From Minisyncoccota bacterium (lineage in GTDB: Bacteria; Patescibacteriota; Minisyncoccia; Phycocordibacterales; UBA2100): a stretch of 64,000 nt of DNA. The notes below the pieces were generated by a model. The model did not search any database. It was not told where the DNA came from and saw only the letters and a list, made by a program, of their open reading frames with translations. Of this stretch, positions 10,143 to 18,963 are shown in pieces (position 1 is the stretch's first letter; each line of letters starts with the position of its first letter). The stretch lies in contig JARLIE010000183.1 in NCBI GenBank assembly GCA_031291875.1, positions 65,356 to 129,355 on the forward strand. The letters are read 5' to 3'. The position numbers and the translations under genes are program-made.

Positions 10143-10789
10143 GCGAGAAGCTCAATCACGCGCATCACGCAAGCATCTTCCACCCGCGCGATGCGAAGCC
10201 CACTACCATCATCGGCGTGGGTGCAGTAGGGAGCCTGGTAGCAGACGCCCTGTCCAAGGTGGGGGTGAGAGATATCACGGTCTGGGATAACGACACGGTC
10301 GCCTCTCACAACTGCTCGATGTCGCTCTATCGTCCACAGGATGTCGGCAAGTTGAAAGTCTGCGCGCTCGCGGAAATACTCGAGCAGCATTCGGGCATCG
10401 TTCCAAAGACTCACGAATGTGACTACCGCGGTGAGGCGCTTCGACACACGAGCGTGGTTGCATGCGTCCATAGCATGCCGGCACGCAAATTGATCTGGGA
10501 CTCCGTTCTAATGAATCCAAGTGTCGATATTTTCTGCGACTCCCGAACGGGCGGGGCATACATTGAAGTGTACGCCATCAACCCGTGCGACCGCAGGGAC
10601 ATCGATCGATACCAATCGCTGCTCTTCGAGGAATCGGAGCGCACCGAGCACTCGTGTGGTAATCACGGCATCATCTACGGCTCGCTCACTGCCGCTTCGG
10701 CGGTTGTGGCGAACCTTACGCGCTACTGGAAAACTGGCGAGAAACAGTGGCGCTACGCGTTGCGCAGTGATATGCTCTCGCCGGCTTGA
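10139..10789 (+). CDS. Minimal E1-like ThiF/MoeB-family adenylyltransferase (216 aa)
   Basis: Rossmann motif TTIIGVGAVGSLVADAL and adenylation motif DNDTVASHNCSMSLYRPQDVGKLKV resemble the ThiF/MoeB DxDxVexSNLnRQ pattern; conserved Cys residues follow. RBS aaaggag is upstream; translationally coupled to the E2-like gene. Confidence 0.7.
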   Translation: MSEKLNHAHHASIFHPRDAKPTTIIGVGAVGSLVADALSKVGVRDITVWDNDTVASHNCSMSLYRPQDVGKLKVCALAEILEQHSGIVPKTHECDYRGEALRHTSVVACVHSMPARKLIWDSVLMNPSVDIFCDSRTGGAYIEVYAINPCDRRDIDRYQSLLFEESERTEHSCGNHGIIYGSLTAASAVVANLTRYWKTGEKQWRYALRSDMLSPA

Positions 10790-10808
10790 AACGAGGAGTA
10801 AACCAGCC

Positions 10809-11045
10809 ATGAAAGTGAAGGTCGAAATCACTCCGGTCACGGGAAATCCCCACGAAACCGAGGTGGAGGTACCGGAAGGCTCGTCGGTGGAGGAAATCCT
10901 GAAGGCCGCCAATTGCGGCACGAAGGGCTTCAACCTCTTCCTCAACAACGAACCGGTGCAAGCGTCGTCGAAAGTCGACAGCACCATCACCCTCAAAGCG
11001 GTCGAGATCAAAATCACCGCGACTGAGCGCGTTGCAGGTTCCTGA
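10809..11045 (+). CDS. Small beta-grasp (ubiquitin-like/ThiS-MoaD-like) protein, 78 aa, C-terminus ...ERVAGS
   Basis: MKVKVEITPVTGNPHETEVEVPEGSSVEEILKAANCGTKGFNLFLNNEPVQASSKVDSTITLKAVEIKITATERVAGS. Size and alternating beta pattern fit a beta-grasp Ubl. A GAGGAG RBS is upstream. Third gene of the E2-E1-Ubl operon. The terminus is not a canonical GG. Confidence 0.5.
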   Translation: MKVKVEITPVTGNPHETEVEVPEGSSVEEILKAANCGTKGFNLFLNNEPVQASSKVDSTITLKAVEIKITATERVAGS

Positions 11046-11074
11046 TTCGCAGCTATCGCTGCAACATGTAAAAA

Positions 11075-11109
11075 TTGGCGATCACCATCGTGTGATCGCC
11101 AATTTCTTT
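11075..11109 (+). terminator. Rho-independent terminator after the Ubl gene
   Basis: ttggcgatcaccatcgtgtgatcgccaatttcttt is a perfect 11-bp stem followed by a T-run. Confidence 0.5.
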
Positions 11110-11220
11110 GGGAAACCCTCGGTTTCCCAAATCCTTCCTCCACGGGAAACCGGTAGGTTTCCCGACCCCTTCCTCCTGCAAGTGGCTGAAATGCCACTGC
11201 CGATATACCAAGGGGGTGTG

Positions 11221-11379
11221 CTACTTTTTCTGCTCCTTGTGGACCGTCTGGGCGCGGCACCACTTGCAGAACTTCTTGATCTCGATTTTGCGCTCTACGA
11301 GCTTTCGGTTCTTGCGCGACCAATAGTTGACGCGGCCGCACTTCGTGCACGCGAGTTTGATGAGCTGATCCTGCGACAT
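11221..11379 (-). CDS. rpmG: 50S ribosomal protein L33 (52 aa), absent from the ORF track because it is under 60 aa
   Basis: Reverse translation gives MSQDQLIKLACTKCGRVNYWSRKNRKLVERKIEIKKFCKWCRAQTVHKEQKK. The C-x2-C...C-x2-C zinc ribbon and basic composition are typical of L33. Confidence 0.8.
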   Translation of the reverse strand: MSQDQLIKLACTKCGRVNYWSRKNRKLVERKIEIKKFCKWCRAQTVHKEQKK

Positions 11380-11413
11380 AGTCGCGGCACTATAGCGCAC
11401 GCCTAAGCTTCGG

Positions 11414-11842
11414 TCAACCGCGCGGCACGAACGGCAAGGAAGCGCTCTGCTGGCTGCAAAGATTGTTCCAACTGCTGTTGTTGGTGAGGGCCGACATTAT
11501 GACGCTCACAATGATCCAGGCCGAGATGATGAGTACAAGGCCTCCGGTTACATATTTGAAGATATTCTTGGCTCGTTTGACCTGGGCGGCATTGCCGCTC
11601 GATGAACCCACGACCAGCTGCCAGCCGGCCCAGGCGAAAAGGATCGCCGAGAGGAAAATGGCAACGAAAATGCCGTCATTGAGGAGGTTTTGGGCAAGTG
11701 TTGCGAGGTCGCAAATCGACTGACAGCCACCCGGCTGATTGCAATCAGACGGGACAACCTGCTGCAACCCGAGCGCCGAGGCGGCAAACGGTGCCAACAT
11801 GACGAGCGTCATGAGAGTCGCGATCATGGCCCTTCTCTTCAT
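11414..11842 (-). CDS. VirB2/TrbC-like small membrane protein (signal peptide plus 2 TM); solo copy
   Basis: MKRRAMIATLMTLVMLAPFAASALG, then two TM helices and a short Cys-containing loop. Same architecture as the tandem array at 21839-23849. The start is placed at the internal Met; the ORF-track N-terminus overlaps the tRNA region. Confidence 0.5.
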   Translation of the reverse strand: MKRRAMIATLMTLVMLAPFAASALGLQQVVPSDCNQPGGCQSICDLATLAQNLLNDGIFVAIFLSAILFAWAGWQLVVGSSSGNAAQVKRAKNIFKYVTGGLVLIISAWIIVSVIMSALTNNSSWNNLCSQQSASLPFVPRG

Positions 11843-11897
11843 GTAAAATATTGTAGCACGGGCGAAAATACGGCATACTGTGCGGGTTCGCGAATAC

Positions 11898-11980
11898 GCG
11901 TCGGTGGCGGAGTGGTCAAACGCACTTGGCTGTAAACCAAGCGGCTTCGGTCTACGCAGGTTCGAATCCTGCCCGGCGCA
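11898..11980 (+). tRNA. tRNA-Tyr (anticodon GTA), class II
   Basis: Acceptor gcgtcgg/ccggcgc (one G-U pair), 3-bp D-stem, anticodon loop ctGTAaa, long variable arm, T-arm gcagg-ttcgaat-cctgc. Followed by the hairpin terminator aaacccgagcatgtctcgggtttt. Confidence 0.75.
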
Positions 11981-12020
11981 CAAAATGCCAAAACCCGAGC
12001 ATGTCTCGGGTTTTGTGCGA

Positions 12021-12137
12021 TTTTGTAGCTGCCGGGCAGGATTCGAAAGACGGAGGCGGGGGTCCCCGCAAGCTTGCGGGGCGCCGAGTCGGGGTCGCGG
12101 AATTTTCTTTGCTGGTAAAGAAAATATCCGTGACCGA
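12021..12137 (+). ncRNA. Unclassified conserved structured element, copy A (second copy at 21703-21822)
   Basis: ttttgtagctg...attcgaaagacggaggcgggggtccccgcaagcttgcggggcgccgagtcggggtcgcggaa...tatccgtgaccga. Shares ~80% identity with copy B, and the differences are compensatory within predicted helices. It starts 41 nt after tRNA-Tyr and no convincing ORF overlaps it. Confidence 0.5.
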
Positions 12138-12194
12138 ATGCTCCCCAAGCAGCGCTAAAAATGAGAATGATACAAATGGAGAGAACTAAAGAAA

Positions 12195-12230
12195 AGCCGC
12201 CTAGCTAAGGGCGGCTAATCTTTTTGTTTT
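12195..12230. terminator. Bidirectional hairpin terminator between element A and the clpB 3-prime end
   Basis: agccgcctagctaagggcggct followed by aatctttttgtttt. Confidence 0.5.
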
Positions 12231-12237
12231 AGAGCGT

Positions 12238-14925
12238 CTATACCCGAGCGGCAGCACGAGCACGCACACTGCGCTCTCGCGCCGGGCCCTTGCGAACGTC
12301 GAACGAAAATTCGTCGTTCTTCCAGTCGACGGAGATCGCTCCCCCTTCGAGGACACCTCGGGCGACCATCATATTGGCGACAGGCGTGAGAATCTTGGTT
12401 TGAATCAAGCGCTTCAAGGGACGTGCGCCGTACTGCGGGTTGTAGCCTTCCTTGGCGAGCTGCTCGATGGAGGCATCGCTGAAGCTGAGTGTGATCTGCT
12501 TTTCTTCGAGACGCTTCGCAACGATGTCGGTCTGCATGCGAACGATATCGAGAATCGCTTCGTGCGAGAGAATATTGAAGAGGATGGTGTCGTCCAGACG
12601 ATTGAGGAATTCCGGACGGAAGTACTCTTTGAGCGAATCGGTGACTTTGTTCTTCACCTGCTCGTAGCGCTCACCTTCCGAAACACTCGCACCGCTTGCG
12701 AATCCCAGACCGGACATCTTGTCGATGTGTTCCGCGCCAATGTTCGAGGTCATGATGATGACACAATTCTTGAAGTTGACTGTGCGGCCCTTGGCGTCTG
12801 TCAGACGGCCATTGTCGAGAACCTGCAGCAAGATATTGAAGACTTCCGGGTGCGCCTTTTCGATTTCATCGAAGAGGATGACCGAGTACGGGCGGTGTCG
12901 CACAAGTTCGGTGAGCCCGCCGCCTTCGTCGTAGCCGACATACCCAGGCGGTGAGCCGATCATCTTCGAAACCGAGTGCTTCTCCATGTATTCGGACATG
13001 TCGACTCGAATGAGCGATTTGTCGCTATTGAAGAGGAATTCCGCAAGTGCGCGGGTGAGCTCCGTCTTGCCGACGCCGGTGGGGCCGAGGAAGAGGAACG
13101 AGCCGACCGGACGATTCGGGTCTGAGATGCCTGCACGAGAGCGCTTGATTGCATCGGAAACTTTCTGCACCGCCTCGTCTTGACCGACAATACGCTTCCT
13201 GAGCTCCTCTTCCATACGGGAAAGTTTCTCCGCTTCTTCTTCGAGCATGCGGGAGACCGGGACACCCGTCCAGCGCGAAACCACGCCGGCGATATCCTCG
13301 GCAGTGATCTCCTCCTTGAGCACGCGCCTCGTAGTTTGGAGCTTCTTCAGACGCTTGGTTGCCGTTTCGATATCTCGTTCCAAATTCGGGATACTCCCGT
13401 AGCGGATTTCAGCGGTCTTGGTTAGATCGCCCATGCTCTCGGCGGTGTCGGCGTCGATACGAGCCTGTTCGAGCTCGCCCTTTGCCTTCTTGATCTCGGC
13501 GAGGGTCTCCTTCTCATTCTTCCATTTCATTTCGAGCTCGCGGGTGGAGTCGCGCAAGTCGGCGATCTCCTTTTCGATCGATTGTACGCGCGTCAAAGCC
13601 TTCTCGACACCTTCGTCGGCTTCTTTCTTGAGTGCTTCCTTTTCAATCTCCAAGCGAGTGATTTGGCGGTGGGCATCTTCGAGTTGCGGTGGCATATTCT
13701 CGAGCGAGAGGCGGAGCGCAGAAGCGGCTTCGTCGATAAGGTCGATCGCTTTGTCCGGCAAAAAACGCTCCGTGATGTAGCGAGAGGAAAGCTGAACCGC
13801 CGAAACCATCGCGTCGTCAGTGATATGTACGCCGTGGTAGAGCTCGTAGCGCTCCTTGAGGCCGCGCAAAATAGCGACCGCGTCTTCGATTGAGGGTTCG
13901 TTTACGTAGACCGGCTGGAAGCGGCGCGTGAGCGCTGCATCGTGCTCGATGTGCTTTTGATATTCCTTGAGGGTGGTCGCGCCGATGACGCGGATCTCGC
14001 CACGCGCGAGCGCAGGCTTCAGCATATTGGATGCGTCCATAGAGCCTTCAGCGGCTCCGGCGCCAACGAGCGTGTGGATTTCGTCGATAAAGAGGATGAT
14101 CTTGCCTTCCGAGCGTTCGACTTCGCGCATAACAGCCTTGAGTCGCTCTTCGAACTCGCCGCGATACTTTGTACCGGCGATGAGGAGGCCGAGGTCGAGC
14201 TGCACGAGCTCTTTGCCACGCAATGACTCAGGAACGTCGCCCGCTGCCATTCTCGAGGCGAGACCTTCCGCGACGGCCGTCTTACCGACGCCAGCTTCTC
14301 CGATCAAGATCGGGTTGTTCTTGGTGCGTCTGGAGAGAATCTGAATGACGCGTGTAATTTCGGTATCACGACCGATAACCGGGTCGAGCTTGTTCTCGCG
14401 GGCGCGTTCGGTAAGGGAGCGCGCGAAGCGCGCGAGGGCTCGCGGTTTCGAAGAAGATTCCGCGTCGCGGATCTTCCCCTCTTTGATGTCGGTGAGAATG
14501 CGCGCGAGCGCAGTGCGGTCGATGCGGTAGCGAGCAAGCAGTTCTGAAGCCGGGCCCGGGTGTTCCGCAACCGCAAGCAGCAAGTGCTCGGGAGATACAA
14601 ACTGATCATTGAACGACGCCGAAATTCTCGGAGCCGCCTCGAACACGCGGACCAATTCCGGCGTTAGGTAGAGCTGAAAACTCGGAGAAACTGCCGTCGC
14701 GCCGCTTGATCCTTCGATCATTTCGAGTACGGAATCTGTCAGATGCGCGGTGTCGACCTCGACTTGTTCGAGCATCGGCAACACCATCGACTCCTCTTGC
14801 ATGAGGAGCGCCGCCAAAAGATGCAGCGTCGACACCTGATTATGGCCGCGTTCGACAGCAAGTTGATGCGCGCGATGCACGGCCTCTTTTGCCTTCGTTG
14901 TGTAGTTGTTGAAAGGGGTTGCCAT
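12238..14925 (-). CDS. clpB: ATP-dependent chaperone ClpB (895 aa)
   Basis: Two AAA+ modules with Walker A motifs GEAGVGKT and GPTGVGKT, a long middle coiled coil, and the N-terminal Clp_N repeat [16 protein letters not shown]. Confidence 0.9.
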   Translation of the reverse strand: MATPFNNYTTKAKEAVHRAHQLAVERGHNQVSTLHLLAALLMQEESMVLPMLEQVEVDTAHLTDSVLEMIEGSSGATAVSPSFQLYLTPELVRVFEAAPRISASFNDQFVSPEHLLLAVAEHPGPASELLARYRIDRTALARILTDIKEGKIRDAESSSKPRALARFARSLTERARENKLDPVIGRDTEITRVIQILSRRTKNNPILIGEAGVGKTAVAEGLASRMAAGDVPESLRGKELVQLDLGLLIAGTKYRGEFEERLKAVMREVERSEGKIILFIDEIHTLVGAGAAEGSMDASNMLKPALARGEIRVIGATTLKEYQKHIEHDAALTRRFQPVYVNEPSIEDAVAILRGLKERYELYHGVHITDDAMVSAVQLSSRYITERFLPDKAIDLIDEAASALRLSLENMPPQLEDAHRQITRLEIEKEALKKEADEGVEKALTRVQSIEKEIADLRDSTRELEMKWKNEKETLAEIKKAKGELEQARIDADTAESMGDLTKTAEIRYGSIPNLERDIETATKRLKKLQTTRRVLKEEITAEDIAGVVSRWTGVPVSRMLEEEAEKLSRMEEELRKRIVGQDEAVQKVSDAIKRSRAGISDPNRPVGSFLFLGPTGVGKTELTRALAEFLFNSDKSLIRVDMSEYMEKHSVSKMIGSPPGYVGYDEGGGLTELVRHRPYSVILFDEIEKAHPEVFNILLQVLDNGRLTDAKGRTVNFKNCVIIMTSNIGAEHIDKMSGLGFASGASVSEGERYEQVKNKVTDSLKEYFRPEFLNRLDDTILFNILSHEAILDIVRMQTDIVAKRLEEKQITLSFSDASIEQLAKEGYNPQYGARPLKRLIQTKILTPVANMMVARGVLEGGAISVDWKNDEFSFDVRKGPARERSVRARAAARV

Positions 14926-14982
14926 TGATTTGGATTATACCATTAATTCTGATTTCGTAAAACTTAGGGCTAATAAAGGTCG

Positions 14983-15780
14983 TTACTTTTGAGTGGATAT
15001 AAGACTGGCGGGGACAAATCCCGAGGGTGATGACGTCCGCGAGACACCTGTGCTTACGCCGACGATATTCGCAGTTGAATCGATAATGACCGAACCAGGC
15101 TGTATTGCCGATGAATCTATGTCGGTGACGATAGCCTCCGGGAATTGAGTGCTTGAATCCGCTGGCATGATTTCGGTGACGAGGCCCTGCGAGATCCGTA
15201 CCGTACTGATCCCTTCTATCGCGATAACGAGCTGGCCGAGTACCGGCGCGTTTGCCGCCTTTTGTGCCGGCGTCCAGGTCATAGCCGGGCTCGATGTGGT
15301 CGCGGGCGAGAGGTACAAAAGTCCAGAGGAAGGATCGCGAGAGATCACGAATGCTCGGATCTTTGCCCCATCTTGTGTCTGGACGATAGCACTCGCCTGA
15401 TCGCCGAGAGAGTGTATGTCGGCGGCGATCGTGCCTGAGGCGTTGGTTACAACGCCGAGACCTTCAAACTGCGGTTGGTCGTCGAGCGAGTAAATGCGCA
15501 CGATAGAGGGAGAGATCTGCTTAACCGCTTGTGCGATCTGATCCGCTTCATTGACGATCACCGTCTTTTGCGTCGTTGCGGCGGATGCCGTCTGACTCTT
15601 GCTCGAGGTCGCGACCGTTTCGATCGTATTTTCTATCACTCGATTGACCGTTTCTGCGATCGCGGGCGGCGCCTGCTGCATCAAGGAGACAGTGACGATG
15701 CCGGTTGCGATCGAGGTAACGAAGCTGACGAGCAGAGTCAAGAGGACGATCTGGGATTTTGTCAGCTTCTCGATGTCCAT
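14983..15780 (-). CDS. Membrane-anchored trypsin-like (HtrA/S1-like) domain protein with a degenerate catalytic motif
   Basis: Start taken at MDIEKLTKSQIVLLTLLV (TM anchor). The C-terminal region shows weak HtrA-like spacing (..GLGVVTNASGTIAADIHSL..DPSSGLLYL..PGSVIIDSTANIVGV) but lacks a clean GNSGGP. Confidence 0.45.
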   Translation of the reverse strand: MDIEKLTKSQIVLLTLLVSFVTSIATGIVTVSLMQQAPPAIAETVNRVIENTIETVATSSKSQTASAATTQKTVIVNEADQIAQAVKQISPSIVRIYSLDDQPQFEGLGVVTNASGTIAADIHSLGDQASAIVQTQDGAKIRAFVISRDPSSGLLYLSPATTSSPAMTWTPAQKAANAPVLGQLVIAIEGISTVRISQGLVTEIMPADSSTQFPEAIVTDIDSSAIQPGSVIIDSTANIVGVSTGVSRTSSPSGFVPASLISTQK

Positions 15781-16997
15781 GCGGGCACTATAGCATGAGA
15801 CAAAAGTCGTGAAAAAGTCTCTCGAAAGTGAGTAATTTCTTTTCGTGTCGTCGCGCGTCCGAGCGAAATTCGGAGCGTGTTTTCTGCTCGCCAAAGCTCT
15901 GCGCCAAGCGCTTCTACGACATGTGAGGCTTTTTGTCCTTCGTTGCAGGCGCTCTTTGTTGATACGGCGAAGCCCTCATGGTCGAGCGCAAGCGTTAGAT
16001 ACTCGGAATGTATGTCCGGAATGGAGATGTTGAGCATGTGTGGCAGGGCGTGCTTAAGATCTCCATTGATAACAAGTCCTGGAGTATTCTCGGAGAGCTC
16101 ACGTGCAAGCGCATCTCGAAGCGTTTTGAGTCGCTTGGATTCGTCGTGACGCTCCCTTGCGACAAGCTCAAACGCCGCGGCAAAACCGACAGCCAGTGCG
16201 ACATTCTCCGTGCCGGCTCGCAACTCTCGCTCCTGCTTGCCTCCAAGCACGACTCCGGCAACGTTGGTGCGATTCGAAAGATATAAACAACCGACTCCGT
16301 GTGGTCCGTACAATTTCGACGCGCTGATTGAAAGCAGGTCAACCCCGAGCGAGTGTGCAACAGTCGGCTCGTACAGCGGCGCTTGCCCGGCATCCGCGTG
16401 GAAAATAACCCGCGTTCCGTGCTTTTCTTCGTGCAACCGGATCGCCTGCGCGATTTTACCCAGAGGCTGCACACTACCGATCTCGTTGTTTGCCCAGCCG
16501 ACCGAAACGAAAACGGTTTCAGGTTTCAAGACAGCGACAATCGACTCCGGGGTAATGATCCCCTTTTCGTTCGGCGAAACATGCGTAACAGAGCCGCCGA
16601 GTCGTTCTATTTCAGAGAAACACTCAAGCACCGACGAGTGTTCGATCGCGCTCACGATCCAATGGGTTCCATCGAGCGAACCGGACAGGGTCCGACCTTG
16701 TCCGCTAAAACCATCGACGAGCATTCGACGCGCGAATCCGACAATAGCCAGATTATTTGCCTCCGTAAGCCCCGATGTAAAAACGAGCTCGCGTGCCTTG
16801 ACCCCAAGCAACAGGGCGATCCGTTCGCGAGCGTCATTGAGCGCGTTCTTTGCAGCAACGGCTTCCGCGTGAATAGCGCCGGGGTTGCCGACCAGCTTCT
16901 CGGCTTCGCGCATCGCCTCAGCTGCTTCGTGCAAAAGAGGGGTCGCGCTCGCGTGATCCAAATACACTCGTGCGGGAGACGACTTTGAAAACCACAT
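15762..16997 (-). CDS. Cysteine desulfurase (NifS/IscS/SufS class V aminotransferase)
   Basis: Start at MWFSKSSPARVYLDHASATP. PLP-lysine region SASKLYGPHGVGCLYL and overall IscS-like order. The first 75 codons of the longer ORF-track frame look non-coding (Arg/Ser/Thr-rich). Confidence 0.8.
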   Translation of the reverse strand: MWFSKSSPARVYLDHASATPLLHEAAEAMREAEKLVGNPGAIHAEAVAAKNALNDARERIALLLGVKARELVFTSGLTEANNLAIVGFARRMLVDGFSGQGRTLSGSLDGTHWIVSAIEHSSVLECFSEIERLGGSVTHVSPNEKGIITPESIVAVLKPETVFVSVGWANNEIGSVQPLGKIAQAIRLHEEKHGTRVIFHADAGQAPLYEPTVAHSLGVDLLSISASKLYGPHGVGCLYLSNRTNVAGVVLGGKQERELRAGTENVALAVGFAAAFELVARERHDESKRLKTLRDALARELSENTPGLVINGDLKHALPHMLNISIPDIHSEYLTLALDHEGFAVSTKSACNEGQKASHVVEALGAELWRAENTLRISLGRATTRKEITHFRETFSRLLSHAIVPAWTSRS

Positions 16998-17082
16998 AGA
17001 ATGAGTATACTGTTTTTCGTCAAGCCGCCTACTGCGTCCTTCGAAAGCGTTAGCCAAAAAGGATGGCCGACTATGCAACCCT

Positions 17083-18591
17083 ATGACCTCAGCCAAACCA
17101 CAACAAGAAGCAGAGCGTCCGCCCGTCGTGGCGGTTTTAGGACACGTCGACCACGGTAAATCGACGTTGCTGGATTTCATCCGCAAATCGAGCACCGTCG
17201 CAAAGGAAGCGGGAGGCATCACTCAAAAGATCGCCGCCTACGAGATTGAGCGTGAGCGTGAAGGCAAGAATAAGAAAATCACGTTTATCGATACCCCAGG
17301 CCATGCTGCCTTCCAGGCCATCCGCAGACGCGGCGCTTCCGTCGCGGATATCGCGATTTTGGTCGTCGCCGCCGATGACGGTGTCATGGCGCAGACGCTC
17401 GAAGCCCTCCAGGAGATTCGCGACGCCAAGATCCCCTTCATCGTCGCGATCAATAAGATCGACAAACCAAACGCGGACCTGCAGCGCACCGTCTCTTCCC
17501 TCCTCGAACAAAACGTCTTCCTTGAGAAATACGGGGGCGACGTACCCTGGGTCGCGATCTCCGCGAAGCAAGGCACGGGCGTCGACGAACTCCTCGACCT
17601 GGTCTTGTTAGTCGCCGAGTTACAGGAGCTCACGGGAGATGCATCAGTCCCAGCGGAAGGGTATGTCATCGAAGCGCACCGCGACCAAAAGCGCGGCATG
17701 GCGGCAACGCTTATTATCAAGAATGGCTCGCTCAAAAGCGGTATGTTTGTGCTCGCTGGCACGGCGCTCTCGCCGGTGCGAATCATGGAGAACTTTGCCG
17801 GCAAACAAATCAAGGAAGCTAGTTTCTCTTCTCCGGTTCAGCTGATCGGCTTCGACGAGTTGCCAGAGGTCGGCAGCGCGTTCCACACCAGCGAGAAGAA
17901 AAAAGATGCCGAAACAGCACAGGAAGAAGCTCGCACGGCGCGCCCCAAACAAAACACGGTTTCCTCCGAGGCCAACCCGCAGCGCTTCTTAATGCCGCTT
18001 ATCATCCGAGTCGACACGCAAGGCTCGCTCGATGCGCTCCTCTTTGAACTTGCGAAAATCGGCGATGAATTCTCTGGCGTCAAAGTAGTTTCCGCTGGCA
18101 TTGGCACTATTTCCGAAAGCGACATCAAGACGGCGATCGCCTCCAAAGAACCGGCGACGGTGCTTGGCTTTAACGTCGGTATCGACTCGGTCGCACAAAC
18201 ACTAGCCGATCGCGACGGCATACGTGTCCAAACGTACGACATCATTTATAAACTCAGCGAAGGACTTACCGAGCTTTTGCAACAAACGAGGCCAAAGCGC
18301 TCGATCGAAGAGGTTGTCGGCAAGGCAAAAGTGCTCAAACAATTCTCAAGTCGTAAAGACGAGCACGTGATCGGCGGCGGCGTTACGAGCGGCTATATCG
18401 CGAAGAACGGTACGGTTCGCGTGCTTCGCCGCAACCTTTCGCTCGGCACCGGAAAAGTAACCAACCTTCAAAAGAACAAGCAGGACGTCGATCGAGCCCA
18501 GGAAGGCTCTGAATTCGGCGCGCAGATCGTTGCCGATTTCGAAATCGCACCGGGCGATGTGCTCGAATGTATCGTGACAAGAGTCGAATAG
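17083..18591 (+). CDS. infB: Translation initiation factor IF-2, short form (G domain to C2 only, 502 aa)
   Basis: VVAVLGHVDHGKSTLLD G1, DTPGH G3, NKID G4; followed by rbfA as in the canonical operon. Confidence 0.9.
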   Translation: MTSAKPQQEAERPPVVAVLGHVDHGKSTLLDFIRKSSTVAKEAGGITQKIAAYEIEREREGKNKKITFIDTPGHAAFQAIRRRGASVADIAILVVAADDGVMAQTLEALQEIRDAKIPFIVAINKIDKPNADLQRTVSSLLEQNVFLEKYGGDVPWVAISAKQGTGVDELLDLVLLVAELQELTGDASVPAEGYVIEAHRDQKRGMAATLIIKNGSLKSGMFVLAGTALSPVRIMENFAGKQIKEASFSSPVQLIGFDELPEVGSAFHTSEKKKDAETAQEEARTARPKQNTVSSEANPQRFLMPLIIRVDTQGSLDALLFELAKIGDEFSGVKVVSAGIGTISESDIKTAIASKEPATVLGFNVGIDSVAQTLADRDGIRVQTYDIIYKLSEGLTELLQQTRPKRSIEEVVGKAKVLKQFSSRKDEHVIGGGVTSGYIAKNGTVRVLRRNLSLGTGKVTNLQKNKQDVDRAQEGSEFGAQIVADFEIAPGDVLECIVTRVE

Positions 18592-18593
18592 CT

Positions 18594-18914
18594 ATGGTAC
18601 GCAGACCTGAACAAGCAAACGAATCCATCGCGCATTTGGCAGCGCAATTTTTAGCGCGTGAGTCGAACCACGAATCCTTGATTACGGTGACTCGTTCCGA
18701 AATGTCGCCTAATTACAAAAACGTGACCGTATTTCTTTCCATTTTGCCGATCGAGCAAAGCGAAAAGGCACTCGCCTTCGCGAAGCGCCTGCGAAGCGAC
18801 TTTCGCCAGTACTTGAAACAAAAAACCGCATTGCACCCGATTCCGACCGTCGATTTCGAAATCGATTTCGGCGAGCTGAATCGCCAGCGCGTCGACGAAC
18901 TCACCCGCAAGTAG
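18594..18914 (+). CDS. rbfA: Ribosome-binding factor A
   Basis: 106 aa immediately after infB; the KH-like RbfA pattern (IAHLAAQFLARESNHESLITVTRSEMSPNYKNVTVFLS) is present. Confidence 0.75.
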   Translation: MVRRPEQANESIAHLAAQFLARESNHESLITVTRSEMSPNYKNVTVFLSILPIEQSEKALAFAKRLRSDFRQYLKQKTALHPIPTVDFEIDFGELNRQRVDELTRK

Positions 18915-18963
18915 GTGTTAATAACAAACGTGCCTTTCTCTTCAAAGCGGCTATAGTTGCCGG

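Noticed and set aside
10508-11350. 280-aa minus-strand ORF antisense to the E1/Ubl genes and overlapping rpmG
   Set aside because: It is antisense to three plus-strand genes with RBSs and motifs. Its composition is R/P/S-rich, and L33 occupies part of the same region on this strand in another frame.
12021-12137. Interpretation of the duplicated element as a tmRNA, SRP RNA or RNase P fragment
   Set aside because: The GGAUUCGA string superficially resembles the tmRNA 5-prime end. But the element is only ~117 nt, has no resume codon or tag ORF, no SRP GGAA-tetraloop domain IV motif and no RNase P P4 sequences. It is left unclassified rather than forced into a family.
11880-12189. ORFs 11880-12158 and 11926-12189 (+)
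   Set aside because: They run through tRNA-Tyr and the conserved structured element; the translations contain tRNA-like RFESCP strings.
12400-14609. Multiple plus-strand ORFs inside clpB (e.g. 12400-12954, 13418-13780, 13967-14344)
   Set aside because: They are antisense to a complete, motif-rich clpB.
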